Source: Azolla caroliniana (taxonomy: Eukaryota; Plantae; Polypodiophyta). Taken from it: a stretch of DNA of 13,301 bases. The stretch covers positions 1 through 13,301 of the forward strand of contig JBHGNT010000966.1 in NCBI GenBank assembly GCA_043228905.1. The letters run 5' to 3'. The notes below the pieces were generated by a model. That model was given only the letters and a program-made list of their open reading frames with translations, was not told the origin of the DNA and did no database searches. Both the position numbers and the translations under genes were made by a program. This document shows, in pieces, positions 10,031 through 13,301 of this stretch; the first letter of the stretch is position 1; the number at the start of each line of letters is the position of its first letter.

Positions 10031-10627
10031 TGTGAAAAGAAAACAGGACTCGGTCACAACTGAGATTAAGGTCTGAAATAAAAAACGAGCCAAAACAGAG
10101 AAAACGAAAATGTTGTACGCAAGATGTTAACATGGAAAACCCAGAACCAGATAAAAAACCACGGGTGTCCATAGACACCAAACAAGTCACAATGAGAGGA
10201 AAGTACAAGATGAGCTCATAGGCACCGACCTAGGGTTCACGCACTTCACCAATAGTCAGTTAAAACAGAGATGATCGTGCTCTCTCTGATTCTCTCTCTC
10301 GCAACCTATGTCTTCTACAAAGGCAATGACCTCCCACACACGATATCACAATATCAACAACTATTGTTCTCACTAAACATAACGCTTACCCTAGTTATAT
10401 TTATACTTATATAACTTTTGGGCCATTTAGAAAACTGGCCCGGATAGGTGCGACACAAAAACCTATTTACAAATGTGTCCTATTTCCCAAATACCTATAT
10501 GGACTCTATCTAGTTCTGCATCGGACCCATTTGATCTAGCTCACATCTTTCTGGCTCCGACCGATCCAACTTGTGTTCTCCTTCACATTCGGTGCTCGAC
10601 CCATTCAGAGGGACCTATTCCTCAACA
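10031..10627 (-). mobile_element. 3' LTR of a family-A Copia element
   Basis: Reverse-complement homolog of 1677-2269 with intact TGTTG...CACA termini, preceded by PPT and RNase H. Confidence 0.93.
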
Positions 10628-10641
10628 AACTCCCCCTCCAC
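10628..10641 (-). promoter_or_regulatory. Polypurine tract
   Basis: Minus strand gtggagggggagtt immediately before the LTR TG. Confidence 0.85.
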
Positions 10642-11158
10642 TCCAGCATGGGGTTTCATCGGTCTAACTTGTTTTCGATATGCATTTAGCCTCTCTGCCG
10701 ACAACACCTTTGTCAACGTATCGGATTCGTTCTTCACTATGTGGATGTTCATTAGAGCAAAATCCTTTTCTTCTACTCGCTCTTAGAGCCAATGATACCT
10801 CATTTGGATGTGCTTGTTCCTTGCGTGGTAGGCGACATTCTTGGCAAGGTGGATGTCACTTTGGCTGTCGCAGTAGAGTTAGAATTCCTTTTGTCGAATT
10901 CATGGCTCACCGATGAACTCCTTCATCCAGATTATCTCTTTGTCAGCTTCTATTGCAGCTATGTACTCAGCTTACGTGGTTGATAGTGCCACGGCATTCT
11001 CCAGACTCGATTGCCACGAGACAACTCCCCCTACAAAAGTCATAACATACCCAGACATGGACCGATTGGTATCTACATTAGCCGACATGTCCGAGTCAAT
11101 AAAACCTTCTAACACGGAGTTACCTAAGCCGAATCGGAGACACATGCTCGAGGTGCTG
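10640..11158 (-). pseudogene. Ty1/Copia RNase H (family A, Tnt1-like)
   Basis: Minus strand GFIDSDMSANVDTNRSMSGYVMTF..GVVSWQS..VALSTT*AEYIA...LYCDSQS.IHLAKN..YHARNKHIQMRYHW. Cut at 11158 by LTR-D. Confidence 0.93.
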
Positions 11159-11739
11159 TGTAAGATCTATGTATCGACGGAGTTAACTCCTCGATGTCGT
11201 TTGCGGAGTTAGGACCGGCGTATACCCTTTTGATGGCGAATCAGGCGGAGATGGTTGTCGGACACCTCTGAGCCTCACACTCACTTAACAATTAATAGAT
11301 GATTAAGTACGATATCTCTCTCACTCTCTCAAGCTCACTCTCATAAACAATAGGGTAATTAATGTAGACAATAAGAGTAATGAATATGTTTATTAACCCT
11401 CTTTGCTAAGAGGTCTAGCACCAACAAGGAAGAGAGATTATTGTTCTCTAACTAAACACCGCACTAATCTCTCTTAACCTTAAAGGTTACAAGAAGGAGG
11501 AGAGGAAGCTCTAGCTCTTAATCAATAGGGAGATCTTTACAAATGGAAGAACCCTTACAAAGACACCACGATTTGGTTTATATAGCATTTACATTTAGGG
11601 TATGGACCTTTCACACTTGGATGTCTTTTAGCCCTCTTTCCTCTTGCCATTTCCTCTTCGTAGGTTCTTTAGCCATACTACATCCTTGTTGATGCGCTCT
11701 TCTTCATGACTGGTCGTGGTGCAATCCAAGCGCTTAACA
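11159..11739 (-). mobile_element. 3' LTR of an unclassified LTR element (LTR-D)
   Basis: Minus strand TGTTAAG...CTTACA. A G-rich PPT-like tract abuts the TG, gctatataaacc TATA lies at 11575-11586, and the CA end coincides with the break in RNase H. No second copy in the window. Confidence 0.75.
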
Positions 11740-11750
11740 TCCCCCCCAAC
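11740..11750 (-). promoter_or_regulatory. Polypurine tract of element D
   Basis: Minus strand gttggggggga directly before TGTTAAG. Confidence 0.7.
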
Positions 11751-11830
11751 CTAATGAGTGCACACTCCTGGGTGCACTGTGGGAGGGGAGCTTTAGGCGT
11801 CGGGGGCGAGAAGGATAGAGTAGGGGGGGT

Positions 11831-12674
11831 TTAGGGGCCTTTATTCAAATCAAATGCGAGACCCCACGCCGAGTGGTTGTGTTCCTTGAATGCAAGGGTC
11901 TCATAAGGGCCAGAGTCGAGGAGGATGAGCAGCAATTACAAAAAACAAAGGTTGGCTTGGATGTCGGGGTTAGGGATGTTGAGGTATGTACGGAGGAAAT
12001 GCCGCATGACACGGATCATTCTAGTTTCCTTCGGAGATGTGCGAGGGGGTCGTGGAAACACGGGCCTATTGAAATGGAGGGTGGGTAGTCGTGCTTGGGC
12101 TACCTGACATTCATGACATGGCCAACGGCATGGGAGTGGAAAAAAGGAGGGGTTGGTGTGCATCTCTGGAGGGTGTAGGGAAAACCATTTTCGGAAGGAC
12201 GGGCGCTCGAACTAGGGGAGCCCATGGGGGTTGAATGTCGGGTGGCTCAATGAAGGGGTCGACCACCGAGTGGTGCCATCCTCGAGTTGAGGTGGGGTTT
12301 GCGGTCGCCCAAGTAGACATCTTATCTCGGTAAACATGTGGGTAAAGGAAGATGTCGACTTGGGGTTCGGAGGCGACTTCGGGGTAGTAGGTGTAGAGGC
12401 GGGTGAGCAGTAGGGGGGTCTCGCAGAAATCAAACTCCCAGGGGACGAGTGCGGCAAATTGGCTATCGAGGCGGGTGTCCCAACCTGTACCGTGTTCGAT
12501 GTAGTCGAGAGCGGCTTGGAGGCCATGGGTGAGTTGGTAACGATCGACCAAGTTAGCGTAGAATGCCGCAACATTGAATCGGGATCTCGTTGTCGCGTTG
12601 CTACGCGCGTGCGTGGAGAAGGGCGGGACCACGGGGGTCTTGGACTAAGGAGTAGAGGAGAAGGAATCGGACAT
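11831..12674 (-). pseudogene. Decayed ORF of unknown function in the 3' internal region of element D
   Basis: ATG at 12674 is in frame with the 173-aa ORF (one TAG at 12645-12647). An inferred +1 frameshift near 12215 joins it to the frame of the 75-aa ORF, which continues past TAA 11936-11938 to TAA 11831-11833. GC-rich relative to flanks; no family motif recognised. Confidence 0.5.
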
Positions 12675-12825
12675 GGAATGAAAGCTTTGCTCAAGAAGAA
12701 GAAGAATGAACAAGAGATTAGATCGAACAAGAGGAACATGGAGACAAGATTATCAACAAGATATATTAAAACGAAATGAACGATTACAAACAGTGGCCGC
12801 GTAGGCCGCACCAAACGACTACTTG

Positions 12826-12882
12826 AAACCCTAACCGACGAAGATGAAGAAAAGACAAAGAAACCCTAACCCTAACCCTAAC
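12826..12882. promoter_or_regulatory. Telo-box motifs (AAACCCTAA), including (CCCTAA)3
   Basis: aaaccctaa at 12826-12834 and aaaccctaaccctaaccctaac at 12861-12882. Confidence 0.6.
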
Positions 12883-12950
12883 GCTCGACCTATGTGGTAT
12901 ACCTCACACACTCAAAATAGGCAACCCTCACAATGGTGCCTTCCCTCTCC

Positions 12951-12958
12951 TTTTATAG
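12951..12958 (-). promoter_or_regulatory. Candidate TATA box for the unknown ORF
   Basis: Minus strand gCTATAAAAgg about 280 nt upstream of ATG 12674, followed by telo-boxes and pyrimidine-rich leader sequence. Confidence 0.45.
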
Positions 12959-13301
12959 CACAAGGAGGGAAGACCGTTTACAAAAACGAGACTAAAATAT
13001 CCCCCCTTCATTCAAAGGCGATATTTGCCTTGATTTGGGGAGGGTGAGATCGATGGCCCCCCTTAACTCCCACCTCCTCACAAACAACTAGGTACCTATG
13101 TACCGCATAGTACCTCTCTCTCTCTCGCGTGGTTGTGCGTACAAGACCACATCACCTTTATACCTTTATTACTATTACAAATACATTATGTACGTGTGCA
13201 ACGTTGCACATCGCTCTTTGTCCCTCGTTGCTCGGGTTTCCGCTTGTGGACGAAAATCTTCACGACATCCGCCCCCCACCTAACCGCACATCCACCAGTA
13301 T

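Noticed and set aside
11114-11211. cggagtta three times across the RNase H/LTR-D junction
   Set aside because: The first copy is ordinary RNase H coding sequence and the spacing is irregular; not a CRISPR-like or tandem array.
4256-11212. Assorted ORFs such as 4256-4456, 5112-5480, 7310-7768, 8512-8967, 9776-10208, 10680-11212
   Set aside because: Antisense or off-frame shadows of retrotransposon coding or LTR sequence.
12212-12814. 200-aa minus ORF and 106-aa plus ORF (12459-12779)
   Set aside because: Non-ATG starts, Ser/Pro/Thr-biased or antisense shadow frames overlapping the more protein-like frame in GC-rich DNA.
12861-12882. (CCCTAA)3 as a telomere or interstitial telomere array
   Set aside because: Only three units; better explained as a telo-box-like motif.
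13090-13115. Bulged hairpin aggta-c-ctatg...catag-tacct
   Set aside because: A 10-bp imperfect stem, within chance expectation for a 13-kb window.

Overview
Eukaryotic, plant-like, repeat-dense DNA with no intact host gene, no RNA gene and no CRISPR array. The window is a pile of decayed, nested LTR retrotransposons, in this order: (1) an AT-rich flank and a minus-strand Ty3/Gypsy integrase remnant (~1270-1570); (2) an LTR-end fragment (1571-1676); (3) Ty1/Copia element A, plus strand (5' LTR 1677-2269, tRNA-iMet-type PBS, gag-protease-integrase), joined without an LTR at ~3828 to (4) a chromodomain-bearing Gypsy pol with PPT and 3' LTR (5944-6397); (5) the RT/RNase H half of a second Copia with a doubled PPT and LTR start at 7962; (6) a minus-strand Copia (gag, PBS, 5' LTR 9360-9915) carrying a solo LTR of the Gypsy family with a 5-bp TSD (8890-9342); (7) a minus-strand 3' LTR plus RNase H of family A (10031-11158), interrupted by (8) a further minus-strand LTR element (LTR 11159-11739). 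The most unusual signal lies inside element 8: a GC-rich ~280-codon decayed ORF I cannot assign to any family, preceded by TATA-box, telo-box and pyrimidine-rich promoter-like motifs. Also notable are a 100-bp perfectly identical block between two otherwise ~80% identical LTRs (possible gene conversion), an in-frame Copia/Gypsy fusion junction, and a hairpin enclosing a PPT/LTR boundary. All alignments and counts were done by eye and no database search was run.
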